DNA from: Candidatus Woesearchaeota archaeon
GTDB taxonomy: Archaea > Nanobdellota > Nanobdellia > Woesearchaeales > UBA583
DNA: 64,000 nucleotides
Assembly: GCA_965205335.1 (NCBI GenBank)
Contig: OZ242164.1
Span: forward strand, 448,001 to 512,000
Direction of reading: 5' to 3'
Positions 46,982 through 56,558 of the stretch are shown one piece after another (the stretch's first letter is position 1; the number at the start of each line of letters is the position of its first letter). The notes below the pieces were generated by a model. The model saw nothing but the letters and a program-made list of their open reading frames with translations, was not told the DNA's origin and made no database searches. Made by a program: the position numbers and the translations under genes.

Positions 46982-49900
46982 ATGACGAATAAAAGAAAGG
47001 GAACCAATTTAACTATAAAACTCCTTATTGCCCTCTTAATAATTATTATAGCCATTATTGGAGTTCTTCTACTATTCAATTACACTGACTCAGATTCTTA
47101 TGATAAACCAAAAAGAAACTCTGTAGATAAGGGAAATGATGTTGAGATTGTGAGCATACAGTCAGGCAAAAAAATTATAAAAATTCATACTTCTAATAGC
47201 AAAGCAGATGCAGACTCTGACAACATATCATATCATCCTAAAGAAGATACTTTGTTTAATAATATAGTAGTAGACTCCAATAATCAAAATACAAGGAGTA
47301 ATTATCAAGTTCAGAAAAAGAAAAATAATAGAGAAAATCACCGTCCTAATCTCCAAAGCCAGGGGCAAGACAATAATGATGAAGATGAAAATTCTAACTC
47401 ACAGAGTCAGGGGCAAGACAATAATGATGAAGATGAAAATTCTAACTCACAGAGTCAGAGGCAAAATAATAATAATGAAGAAAATGACAATTCCAACTCT
47501 CAAAATCAGAGACAAGACAACAATAGAGAACACAGTGATTCTAATTCTCAATCTCAGGACGAGGACGACAACAACAGAGAAAATAATGAAGATGAGGCAG
47601 AAGATAACAAGTCCAGTTCTCAAACTCAGAATGAAGACAATAACAATGGAGAAAATAATGAACCTACAACTCAAAGAGAAAGAGGACACCCTCACGGACA
47701 TAATTTTCACTCACCTGTCGAAGATGAAGAACATCAGGAGTCCACAACTCAAACTCAAAGAGAAAGAGGGAATCCTTCCTTAGGATACTTAAGTGGTAGA
47801 TTGTCAGGACTTTCAACAGGCACACAAGGTAGGGTTATCTTAAGTTCTCAATCAGACAACTCATTTCTTGAAACAGCTCAAATAGAAGAAGACGGAAGTT
47901 TTGAGATAAGCAAAGATGGAATGGAAGACAACAAGAAATATTCCCTAAAAGCTGAAATACAAGGATACAAACTCTCACCAATAAGTGACATAACCACGGA
48001 AACAAAAGAAGTAACAGGTGAAGTAGAAACTATTCAAGAAGACAATGTCTTTAGATACAATTGGAAACAGGAAACAAGTACATCTGGTCTTGAATACTCC
48101 TCACATGTAAACACCCCAGTAGTAATAGAATACCTTGACGAAGACAAAGAACTTCCTCCTTTTGATACAGCAGAAAAATTATATGAAGATTACGGAGTAG
48201 TTTTAGATGGTGATGAATGGACAGGAGAACATGCTTTCAGGCTTTACGAAACTATGAAACAAGTACCTTCAAAGAAAAAAGAAGATTCAAGATGGATTCT
48301 TGTAAACAAAGAAGTTGAAGATGATATAGAAATTGAAGAAACATCAGATGAAACAGTTGTTAGAATTTCATCAAGTGCATTTGCTAATGCAGAGCCAAAA
48401 ATAGTCAGAATTGACGGGCAGAAAGGAAGATTTTTCTCAAAAAGACTTCACCACGCAGTTGTCAGATATGTTACCGACAACGGAGAAGATGAAGATGCCA
48501 CAGAAAAAATACTTACAGAAAGATTTGGAGTATCAATTAACATACCTGACAGCAAATACCCACAAATAACCACACCAACAGGAGGAGAGCATCACGACAG
48601 ATTCCAAAAATTCTCGCCAACAGAAACCTTAATGCTAATAAACCAGATGGAAGAAATGCCAGAAGGCTTCCACAAAACTCCCCAATTAAAATATATGTTA
48701 AGAAGAGCCAACGGACAAAAGCACCCATTGTATCCAGAGGCTGCCGCTGTAGCATGGACACAATCAGGTTACATAGAATTTATGGAATCTGCTTTCACAT
48801 CAGAATTAGAACACACTCAAAAACTTATAATCCACGAGAAAACCCACTTCTTGTGGGCTCATACATTCTCAAAAGAATTAAAAAGAGAATGGGCAGACAT
48901 TGGAGGATGGACTCCAGATAAAGACCCTGACGATTACGATGGATGGAGTACAACAAAAACAACTGAATTTGTAACAGCATACTCTCACGGAATAAGTCCT
49001 AACGAAGACATGGTAGAATCCGTATCATTTTACCTCTACAACCCCGAAAAACTCAGAGCAGTATCACCCGAGAAATATGAATTCATAGAAAAGAGAATAA
49101 TGCATGGAACAAGATACTACACTCACATCAGAGAGGATTTAACATTTGAAGTCCATAACCTTGACCCGGACTATGTTTACCCTGGAAAAATAAAAGAAAT
49201 TGACATAACAGTTTCTGGTGCTCCTGATGAAGATAAAAGAGTAAAAGTTATTGTCAAACTTCATAAAGAAGATGCATCATTGGGATTTATGAGAATAACC
49301 AGCCCTATCGGAACTTACAAAGATGTTTACTTGTATCCAAGAGGTGGGAAAACCTCAACCATTCTTGAAGCCTCATTCACAATAGAAAAAGAAGCAAAAG
49401 AAGGATACTGGAAAGCAAACCAAATATCTCTTGAGGATGAAGTTGGAAACAGAAGATATCAGGACTCAAGCACTTATGGGTGGTCAATGTACATAAATAA
49501 CAGCGGTGAGGACACAACACCTCCAAAGTATGTTAAAAATTCAATTGAATTAGAAAAAGAAAGCGGATTATACAAGATTGTAGACGGAAAAATAAAGAAA
49601 ACTTCATGTGATGAAAGGTCCCAAACCTGCAGATTTGCAACATTTGTAACAGCAAAATGGGATGTTATAGAAGACAGAAAAATGGGAGAGTGGAGTGAAT
49701 GTTATATTGCATTCAGAAAAGACAATAACAGAGAATATTCAGTTCAGGAATATGGTGCATACACCCTACATGAATCACCTAATTCAACAGGGAAATGCTC
49801 TGTTACACTTACATTCAACGAGTTCCGTTATGGTACTTTCTTAGTTGCCAGCATTTCAATGGAAGATCGGGCAGGAAACAGAGGAAGCGTTGATTTTAAC

Positions 49901-50353
49901 AGAGACAATATACATGAAGAGCCTCTTACTATAGATATAGAAGAAATCACACCAGACACTAAACCGCCAAGACTCTATCAAGAAGTAGGAGACATAGAAG
50001 TTAATGCTGAGTCTTCAAACCCAGAAAATCCAAACGGGAGAACATTAGTTACAGTTAGTTATTATGCAGAAGATGATCTCTCTGGACTTGACACAGTATA
50101 TATAAAAATGCGTGATCCTCAGGGAAAAACCCACGGGAATTACCACTACCACAACAATTTTTATACAGATTACTTCATAGGAGATCCTACAGAGAAAAAA
50201 CAATACACATTCACAACAACTCTTCCAGAAGGCTCAGCTCCTGGAACTTGGGGAATTACCCTAATAACCCTATATGACAAAGCAGGAAACAAGAAAGACT
50301 ATGATTTCACCGAAACAATGATCTTTGAAGTAATTGAAGAAGGCGAAAGTTAA
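46982..50353 (+). CDS. Membrane-anchored surface protein with a zincin-like metallopeptidase domain and Ig-like repeats
   Basis: N-terminal TM, N/Q/E/D-rich linker, IIHEKTH plus downstream PNEDMVES, DTTPP..D.AGN repeats. Confidence 0.75.
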   Translation: MTNKRKGTNLTIKLLIALLIIIIAIIGVLLLFNYTDSDSYDKPKRNSVDKGNDVEIVSIQSGKKIIKIHTSNSKADADSDNISYHPKEDTLFNNIVVDSNNQNTRSNYQVQKKKNNRENHRPNLQSQGQDNNDEDENSNSQSQGQDNNDEDENSNSQSQRQNNNNEENDNSNSQNQRQDNNREHSDSNSQSQDEDDNNRENNEDEAEDNKSSSQTQNEDNNNGENNEPTTQRERGHPHGHNFHSPVEDEEHQESTTQTQRERGNPSLGYLSGRLSGLSTGTQGRVILSSQSDNSFLETAQIEEDGSFEISKDGMEDNKKYSLKAEIQGYKLSPISDITTETKEVTGEVETIQEDNVFRYNWKQETSTSGLEYSSHVNTPVVIEYLDEDKELPPFDTAEKLYEDYGVVLDGDEWTGEHAFRLYETMKQVPSKKKEDSRWILVNKEVEDDIEIEETSDETVVRISSSAFANAEPKIVRIDGQKGRFFSKRLHHAVVRYVTDNGEDEDATEKILTERFGVSINIPDSKYPQITTPTGGEHHDRFQKFSPTETLMLINQMEEMPEGFHKTPQLKYMLRRANGQKHPLYPEAAAVAWTQSGYIEFMESAFTSELEHTQKLIIHEKTHFLWAHTFSKELKREWADIGGWTPDKDPDDYDGWSTTKTTEFVTAYSHGISPNEDMVESVSFYLYNPEKLRAVSPEKYEFIEKRIMHGTRYYTHIREDLTFEVHNLDPDYVYPGKIKEIDITVSGAPDEDKRVKVIVKLHKEDASLGFMRITSPIGTYKDVYLYPRGGKTSTILEASFTIEKEAKEGYWKANQISLEDEVGNRRYQDSSTYGWSMYINNSGEDTTPPKYVKNSIELEKESGLYKIVDGKIKKTSCDERSQTCRFATFVTAKWDVIEDRKMGEWSECYIAFRKDNNREYSVQEYGAYTLHESPNSTGKCSVTLTFNEFRYGTFLVASISMEDRAGNRGSVDFNRDNIHEEPLTIDIEEITPDTKPPRLYQEVGDIEVNAESSNPENPNGRTLVTVSYYAEDDLSGLDTVYIKMRDPQGKTHGNYHYHNNFYTDYFIGDPTEKKQYTFTTTLPEGSAPGTWGITLITLYDKAGNKKDYDFTETMIFEVIEEGES

Positions 50354-50519
50354 GAATCATAAGAAGACTAAATAGGAAAAGATAATAATACTTGTTAGAG
50401 TCCAAATTCCAGAAGAGGAATAAGCACAAATATTTATGATATTTATAATATATTTACTAATGTTGTGCCTAAGAGTGAAAACAATAACTTTATAAATATA
50501 AAACCATTATTACTATATA

Positions 50520-52136
50520 ATGACAAATAAAGAAAATACAAATTTAATCATAAAGTTTCTTATTGCTCTTTTAATAATTATTATAGCTACTATAGGAGTT
50601 CTTGTACTATTTATTTACACTGATTCAGGTGCTCATGATAAACCAAAAAGAAACTTCATAGATAAAGAAAATCATGTTGAAATCATAGGTACCCAACAAT
50701 ACGAGAAAACTATAAAAGTTCATACTTCTAATAGCAAAACTGGGGTAAACTCTGATGATATATTATATAATTTTAACAAGGATGAATCATATAATTATAT
50801 GGTTGCAGGTTCTAGTAATCAAAATGTTTGGGGTATTTATCAAGTTCAGAGGAGAGATAGTGGCAGAGAGAACTACCGTTCTAATTCACAGAATCAAAAT
50901 GAGGAAGTAGAGGAAGATAACACAGAAGAAGAAGAAACTCAGAATGAGGAAGTAGAAGAAGATAACACAGAAGAAGAAGAAACTCAGAATGAGGAAGAAG
51001 AGGAAGATAACACAGAAGAAGAAGAAGAAACTCAGAATGAGGAAGAAGAGGAAGATAACACAGAAGAAGAAGAAGAAACTCAGAATGAGGAAGTAGAAGA
51101 AGATAACACAGAAGAAGAAGAAACTCAGAATGAGGAAGAAGAGGAAGATAACACAGAAGAAGAAGAAACTCAGAATGAGGAAGAAGAGGAAGATAACACA
51201 GAAGAAGAAGAAGAAGAAGAAGAAACTCAGAATGAGGAAGAAGATAATGAAGAAAACCAAAATGATGATAACGATAAAATTACCCAAGATGTTAATCAAC
51301 CAGTAAATGGAGTTTGTGGAACAAATAAAAATGTTTGTACACAAGGAAACCTAAATGGTATTACTGATAACTCTACTCATTATTTATGGAACTGTAATGG
51401 GTTATACGGAGGAAGTGATGTTTCTTGTAGTAAAGAAATTCCACCAACTCCTGAAAACGGAGTATGTAATAATGCTGTAAGAAATGGGTGTACAACTGGA
51501 ACAACTAATGAAGGAGCATATTCTGACACATCCACTCACTACAAATGGAGATGCGAGGGGTTGAATGGAGGAAGTAACTCTGCTGTATGTAGCATAGAGA
51601 AACCAGTTAATGGAGTCTGTGGAACAAATAAAAATACTTGTTCACAAGGGAACTTAAATGATATTACTGATAACTCTACCCATTATTTATGGAACTGCAA
51701 TGGGTTATATGATGGAAATGGTCTCTCTTGCAGTAAACCAATCCCAGTAAGTGAAACAAATGATATAGAACCCGATAGTCGTGTAACAGTTGAACGAACC
51801 ACAAACAAATACAACAACAAACCTCAGCTAATTATAAATGTTACTGGAACACACCTAATGTTTAGATCTACTCAGAACGTAGAGAGTGCTAATACTATAT
51901 GTGCTAGTGGACAAACACCTTCTGTCAGCAGGTGGTTTGAATTATTCGGTCCGGTATCACTTGGACTAGGGGATAACGGGGAATTTCCAACAACAGATTA
52001 TGGGTCCTATAAAATTACTCAGAGAACTACACCAACTCTGAGAACACACATTTGTTTCATAGTAATATATGGTGATGCAGATTCAAGTTCAGAAGATAAA
52101 GAATACATATATTATGGTCCTTATAGTTTTGAATAA
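50520..52136 (+). CDS. Membrane-anchored surface protein: shared N-terminal module, acidic repeat stalk, 3 Cys-rich repeats
   Basis: First ~120 aa paralogous to 46982..50353; PVNGVC..DNSTHYLWNC repeats as in 20786..23521. Confidence 0.8.
   Translation: MTNKENTNLIIKFLIALLIIIIATIGVLVLFIYTDSGAHDKPKRNFIDKENHVEIIGTQQYEKTIKVHTSNSKTGVNSDDILYNFNKDESYNYMVAGSSNQNVWGIYQVQRRDSGRENYRSNSQNQNEEVEEDNTEEEETQNEEVEEDNTEEEETQNEEEEEDNTEEEEETQNEEEEEDNTEEEEETQNEEVEEDNTEEEETQNEEEEEDNTEEEETQNEEEEEDNTEEEEEEEETQNEEEDNEENQNDDNDKITQDVNQPVNGVCGTNKNVCTQGNLNGITDNSTHYLWNCNGLYGGSDVSCSKEIPPTPENGVCNNAVRNGCTTGTTNEGAYSDTSTHYKWRCEGLNGGSNSAVCSIEKPVNGVCGTNKNTCSQGNLNDITDNSTHYLWNCNGLYDGNGLSCSKPIPVSETNDIEPDSRVTVERTTNKYNNKPQLIINVTGTHLMFRSTQNVESANTICASGQTPSVSRWFELFGPVSLGLGDNGEFPTTDYGSYKITQRTTPTLRTHICFIVIYGDADSSSEDKEYIYYGPYSFE
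50898..51245. repeat. 45-48-bp tandem repeat x7 with variable GAA run
   Basis: Encodes NEE(V/E)EEDNTEEEE(E)TQ. Confidence 0.9.
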
Positions 52137-52350
52137 TAAATTGGTCTTGGTAAGAACAATAAAGACAAGAAACAACACACCCAATATATTCAACTCCTAA
52201 CACACAAGTATTATATTTTGAAATTATTCACTTATTCTGTCTCCATTCCAACAATACAATTTTAAAAATACTTTATTACCTTCGCAGATTATTTCAAATT
52301 ATATGAATAAGATTTATATATTCAACTGGTTTTCTCAATATTTAAACACA

Positions 52351-53544
52351 ATGAAATCAAAGAAAATGTTTTCAAAAAACAAAAAACAAAAGAAAGATTT
52401 TGGAAAATTAAGTCTTAAACTTCACAAGGAGAAAAAAGGAAAATTAGAAATCAACACAAGAGTTTCCCTGAAAACAATGGATGATTTGGCAATATCATAC
52501 TCCCCAGGGGTTGCTACTCCATGCATTGAAATAGCAAAAGATGAAAGAAAAGTAAGAGAATATGTTATGAATGGAAAAACAATAGCAATTATAACAGACG
52601 GTTCAGCAGTTTTAGGGCTTGGAAACATAGGAGCGAAGGCATCTCTTCCAGTAATGGAAGGGAAAGCCGCATTGATTAAGCACTTTGGAGGATTAAATGC
52701 ATTTCCTATTGCAATAGATACACAGGATACAGAAGAATTCATTAAAACAGTCAAAAACCTTGCTCCGTCTTTTGGAGGAATAAATCTTGAAGACATATCA
52801 GCACCAAGATGTTTTGAAATAGAAAAAAGACTAAAAGAAGAACTAAATATTCCTGTATTTCATGATGACCAGCATGGAACAGCAATAGTCGTTTTAGCAG
52901 GATTATTAAATGCATTAAAAGTAGTAAATAAAAAAAAAGAAAATATAAGAATCGTAATAAACGGAGCAGGAGCCGCAGGGGTTGCAATTGCCAAGTTGTT
53001 TCACAAAGCAGGATTTCTTAACATTATCACCTGCGATAGCAAAGGAGTAATTTCAAGGCAAAGAAAGAATCTAACTAAAGAGAAGAAGGAATTAACGAAG
53101 ATTACAAATCCATCAAAAGAGCACAAAACATTACGTGATGCCTTAGGAAATGCTGATGTATTTATAGGAGTTTCAAAAGCAAATCTTCTAAAAAAAGAAG
53201 ACATTAAAACAATGGCAAAAGACCCAGTAATATTTGCCTTGGCAAACCCTGACCCTGAAATAACCCCAAAAGAAGCCAAATTAGGAGGTGCTAAAATTAT
53301 TGCAACAGGGCGTTCTGATTATCCAAATCAGATAAACAATGTATTAGTCTTTCCGGGGATATTTAAAGGGGCAATTGAATCAAATTCAACGAAGATAACA
53401 GATGAGATGAAACTAACAGCCGCAAGAGTCCTTGCAAAACTTGTTTTAAAACCTAATTCAAATAAAATAATCCCAAAGCCATTTGATAAAGATGTTGCAA
53501 AGACAATAGCAAATGTTTTAAAGAAGCACGCTAAAAATAAGTAA
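52351..53544 (+). CDS. NAD(P)-dependent malic enzyme
   Basis: YSPGVA, TDGSAVLGLGNIG, PVMEGK, NLEDISAP, FHDDQHGT, GAGAAG, TGRSDYPNQINN. Confidence 0.95.
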   Translation: MKSKKMFSKNKKQKKDFGKLSLKLHKEKKGKLEINTRVSLKTMDDLAISYSPGVATPCIEIAKDERKVREYVMNGKTIAIITDGSAVLGLGNIGAKASLPVMEGKAALIKHFGGLNAFPIAIDTQDTEEFIKTVKNLAPSFGGINLEDISAPRCFEIEKRLKEELNIPVFHDDQHGTAIVVLAGLLNALKVVNKKKENIRIVINGAGAAGVAIAKLFHKAGFLNIITCDSKGVISRQRKNLTKEKKELTKITNPSKEHKTLRDALGNADVFIGVSKANLLKKEDIKTMAKDPVIFALANPDPEITPKEAKLGGAKIIATGRSDYPNQINNVLVFPGIFKGAIESNSTKITDEMKLTAARVLAKLVLKPNSNKIIPKPFDKDVAKTIANVLKKHAKNK

Positions 53545-53672
53545 TCTCTAAAATTTCAAATTTGCATATTGTTTATCTTCAAGTTCTTCAAAATTCTATA
53601 AAAAATAAGAATGAATATTATTTTCTAAGAGCACACATAAGATTTAAAAATAAACTTCAATTTAAGATTTTA

Positions 53673-54191
53673 ATGAAAACAAGAAAAAAATCATTCTTTG
53701 AAAAAAATTCCACAGGAATAGTGTTTTTTGGAATAGTGATTATAATAATTGCGATAGTTGTAGGAGTGGGATTTTTTAGCCAGAATAACAAAACTAATGC
53801 TAACTCACTTCCATATGGAGATGATGTAATAGATATGACATATTTCCACTGGGTTAAATGTCCCCATTGCATTAAGCAAAATAAATTCAATAAAAAACTT
53901 TTAGAAAGATATCCTAATTTAAGAATAACAGAATATGAAATCACAAATTCTAAAACACAGGAAAAATACAAGGAGATAGCCTCCCGAATTGAAAAATTAG
54001 ACCCCGAAAATCTCCCGGGAACACCTCTTACAATTATTGGAAACAGAACAAATGTGGGTTATGGTTCTGATGAAACGACAGGCAAAATAATCACAGAAAT
54101 GATTGAAGAGGAACAGACAAGAATTAATGTTCAATGGAACGATGAAACCATGATTAGAACGGTTGATTTAAGAAATCAATTAGAAAAATAA
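53673..54191 (+). CDS. Membrane-anchored thioredoxin/glutaredoxin-fold protein
   Basis: TM helix, CPHC motif, GTP cis-Pro loop. Confidence 0.8.
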   Translation: MKTRKKSFFEKNSTGIVFFGIVIIIIAIVVGVGFFSQNNKTNANSLPYGDDVIDMTYFHWVKCPHCIKQNKFNKKLLERYPNLRITEYEITNSKTQEKYKEIASRIEKLDPENLPGTPLTIIGNRTNVGYGSDETTGKIITEMIEEEQTRINVQWNDETMIRTVDLRNQLEK

Positions 54192-54802
54192 TGAAAAAGA
54201 AAAACATACTAACCAAGAAACTTAATTCAACACTAATTATCACACTTAGTGTTTTATTTGTAGTATTTGGATATTATTTCTTCTTTTATGAAGGTGCCAA
54301 AGAGTTCCATATTCATGCAGATTTTAAGGTTTATGTTAATGGGGAGTTCATAAATTTTTCATTAGATAAGTATCAGTCAGATGAGTACAATAAAAAACAC
54401 CAATATGTGCATTTACATAGTGGAAATGGAGATGTTATCCATTATCATAAGGATGGAATCACATTAGGGGAATTTTTCAAGACATTGGGCATGGAGTTAA
54501 GAGATAACTGTTTTACAGATGATTTGAATAATTCTTATTGTAGTAACGATGAATATGAGTTAAAGACATTTGTTAATGGAGAAGAAATTACAGATAGTTA
54601 TAATTATATAGCAAAGGATTTAGATAGAATTTTAATTGTTCATATCAGACATGATGAAGATGTCTCTGAGATTCTAAATAATGTGACAGACAAAGCCTGT
54701 ATTGAGTCGGCTTTATGCCCTCACAGAGGAGAACCTTCTGAAAGTGGTTGTGTGAGCGGTGAAAAGTGCATAGTTGATTTTGATACCATTCTTAATGAAT
54801 AA
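54191..54802 (+). CDS. Membrane-anchored His/Cys-rich hypothetical protein
   Basis: HIHADFKVY..HLH..VIHYH..TLGEFF; Cys-rich C-terminus. Confidence 0.7.
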   Translation: MKKKNILTKKLNSTLIITLSVLFVVFGYYFFFYEGAKEFHIHADFKVYVNGEFINFSLDKYQSDEYNKKHQYVHLHSGNGDVIHYHKDGITLGEFFKTLGMELRDNCFTDDLNNSYCSNDEYELKTFVNGEEITDSYNYIAKDLDRILIVHIRHDEDVSEILNNVTDKACIESALCPHRGEPSESGCVSGEKCIVDFDTILNE

Positions 54803-54956
54803 TCATTTAGTTTGAAGCTAAGATTATACATTTTCTAAAAATAAACTTTTTGTATTTACAAGATTTACAAAAAAAGTTAGGCAAAGACTTTGGTTTAAAA
54901 AAACCAACAAAATCAAAAGAATTAGATAATCTGATAGTTAAAACTTTTGAAACTGC

Positions 54957-55084
54957 GGCTCTGTCCGAAAATTCAAGAGAACTTAAAATATTGTATTAAT
55001 AAAACAATTTTTGACAAATAATTTTTTTCTTTGATTGAAGATAGTTAGCATAGATTTTGGAAAAAACAATTTTCGGACAGAGCC
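54957..55084. mobile_element. MITE copy 6 (128 bp)
   Basis: TIR GGCTCTGTCCGAAAATT; TSD GAAACTGC at 54949-56 and 55085-92. Confidence 0.97.
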
Positions 55085-55217
55085 GAAACTGCAAAACATC
55101 AAGAAAAATATCAGAAATTTATTAGGAGAAGTTTGTAACATAAATAAACAACACACTTCTAACTTTTCTCCCAAATCAATTAAAAATATTTATAAACAAA
55201 AACATTTTTCAGAATTT

Positions 55218-56468
55218 ATGAACATTAATGAAATCAAAGAAATCAAGGACAATTTCCCAAAGGAAATAATTGAGAGCACTCTCTCAAAAAATAAAAGACT
55301 GTCAGATATTTACAAAGCAAAAATATACTTAAAAAATGAAGATGAACAAATAGTTAGAAGTTACAAAATTAGAGGGGCATTTAATTTCATTAACAAATTA
55401 TCACAAGAAGAAAAGCAAAAAGGAGTTGTCTGTGCAAGTGCAGGAAATCATTCACAAGGTGTTGCTTTCTGCTGTAGTTTTTTTAAAATCAAAGGAGTAG
55501 TTTTTATGCCAAAGACAACTCCAAGCCAAAAAATAAGAGCAGTTAAAGAATTTGGAAAAGAATTTGTTGAAATCAAAATAACAGGCGACAATTTTGATGA
55601 AAGTTTCAACAAAGCAAAAGAATTCTGTAAAGAAAATAAAATGGTATTCATCTCTCCTTTCAACGACGAAAATGTCATAAAAGGAAGCGCTACAATAGGA
55701 CTTGAAATAATTTCACAATTTAAAAAACAAGAACCAAAAAAAGAAATTGACTACATATTCATCCCATTAGGCGGAGGAGGAATACTTTCAGGAGTAAGTG
55801 AAGTTTTCAAAAATTTAAGCCCGAAAACCAAAATAATAGGAGTTGAACCAAAAAGTGCTGCTTGTGGTTATTTAAGTTTAAAACGGGGAAAAAACACACA
55901 GGTAAATATAAAAAGCACATTTGTAGATGGAGCAAGTGTTAAAAAAATGGGAAGTATATGCTTTAAATATATCTTAAAAAATGTCTCACAAATTAATGTG
56001 GTTGATGAAAACAGACTATGTTCTTCAATTTTATATTTCTTAGAAAAGGAAGGAAGAATAATTGAACTTGCAGGAATTTTATCAATTGACTCGCTTAAAG
56101 ATTTCAGAGAAAAAATAAAAGGGAAAAATGTTGTCTGTATAGTTTCAGGAAGCAATTTTGATTTCGGCAGATTTTCAGAAATAAATGAGAGAAGTTTAAA
56201 ATATGAGGGACTTAAAAAATATATTCTGTGTCAATTTCCTCAAAGAGAAGGAGCATTAAAAGAATTTGTGAATTTTTTAGTTGAAGGGATGAACATCACA
56301 AGATTTGAATATCTAAAAAAAACAAACAAAGAAAAAGGTTCTGTTCTTATTGGAATTGAAACACATGACAAAAAAAGTTTTGAAACTTTTTTCAACAAAT
56401 TAAAAGAGAATAATTGGGATTTTAAAGACATAACACACAACAATTTACTCTTTGATTTATTAGTTTAA
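55218..56468 (+). CDS. ilvA: Threonine ammonia-lyase (IlvA, short form)
   Basis: RSYKIRGA PLP lysine, CASAGNHSQG, GGGG loop, FPQREGAL regulatory domain. Confidence 0.9.
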   Translation: MNINEIKEIKDNFPKEIIESTLSKNKRLSDIYKAKIYLKNEDEQIVRSYKIRGAFNFINKLSQEEKQKGVVCASAGNHSQGVAFCCSFFKIKGVVFMPKTTPSQKIRAVKEFGKEFVEIKITGDNFDESFNKAKEFCKENKMVFISPFNDENVIKGSATIGLEIISQFKKQEPKKEIDYIFIPLGGGGILSGVSEVFKNLSPKTKIIGVEPKSAACGYLSLKRGKNTQVNIKSTFVDGASVKKMGSICFKYILKNVSQINVVDENRLCSSILYFLEKEGRIIELAGILSIDSLKDFREKIKGKNVVCIVSGSNFDFGRFSEINERSLKYEGLKKYILCQFPQREGALKEFVNFLVEGMNITRFEYLKKTNKEKGSVLIGIETHDKKSFETFFNKLKENNWDFKDITHNNLLFDLLV

Positions 56469-56558
56469 ACAAAGAGAAAAATTTTAAATAATACATTTAT
56501 TTTAAAAGTATGAGTTTAAAACCTAATCCTTATAAAATAACACCTCTTCCAAATTATT

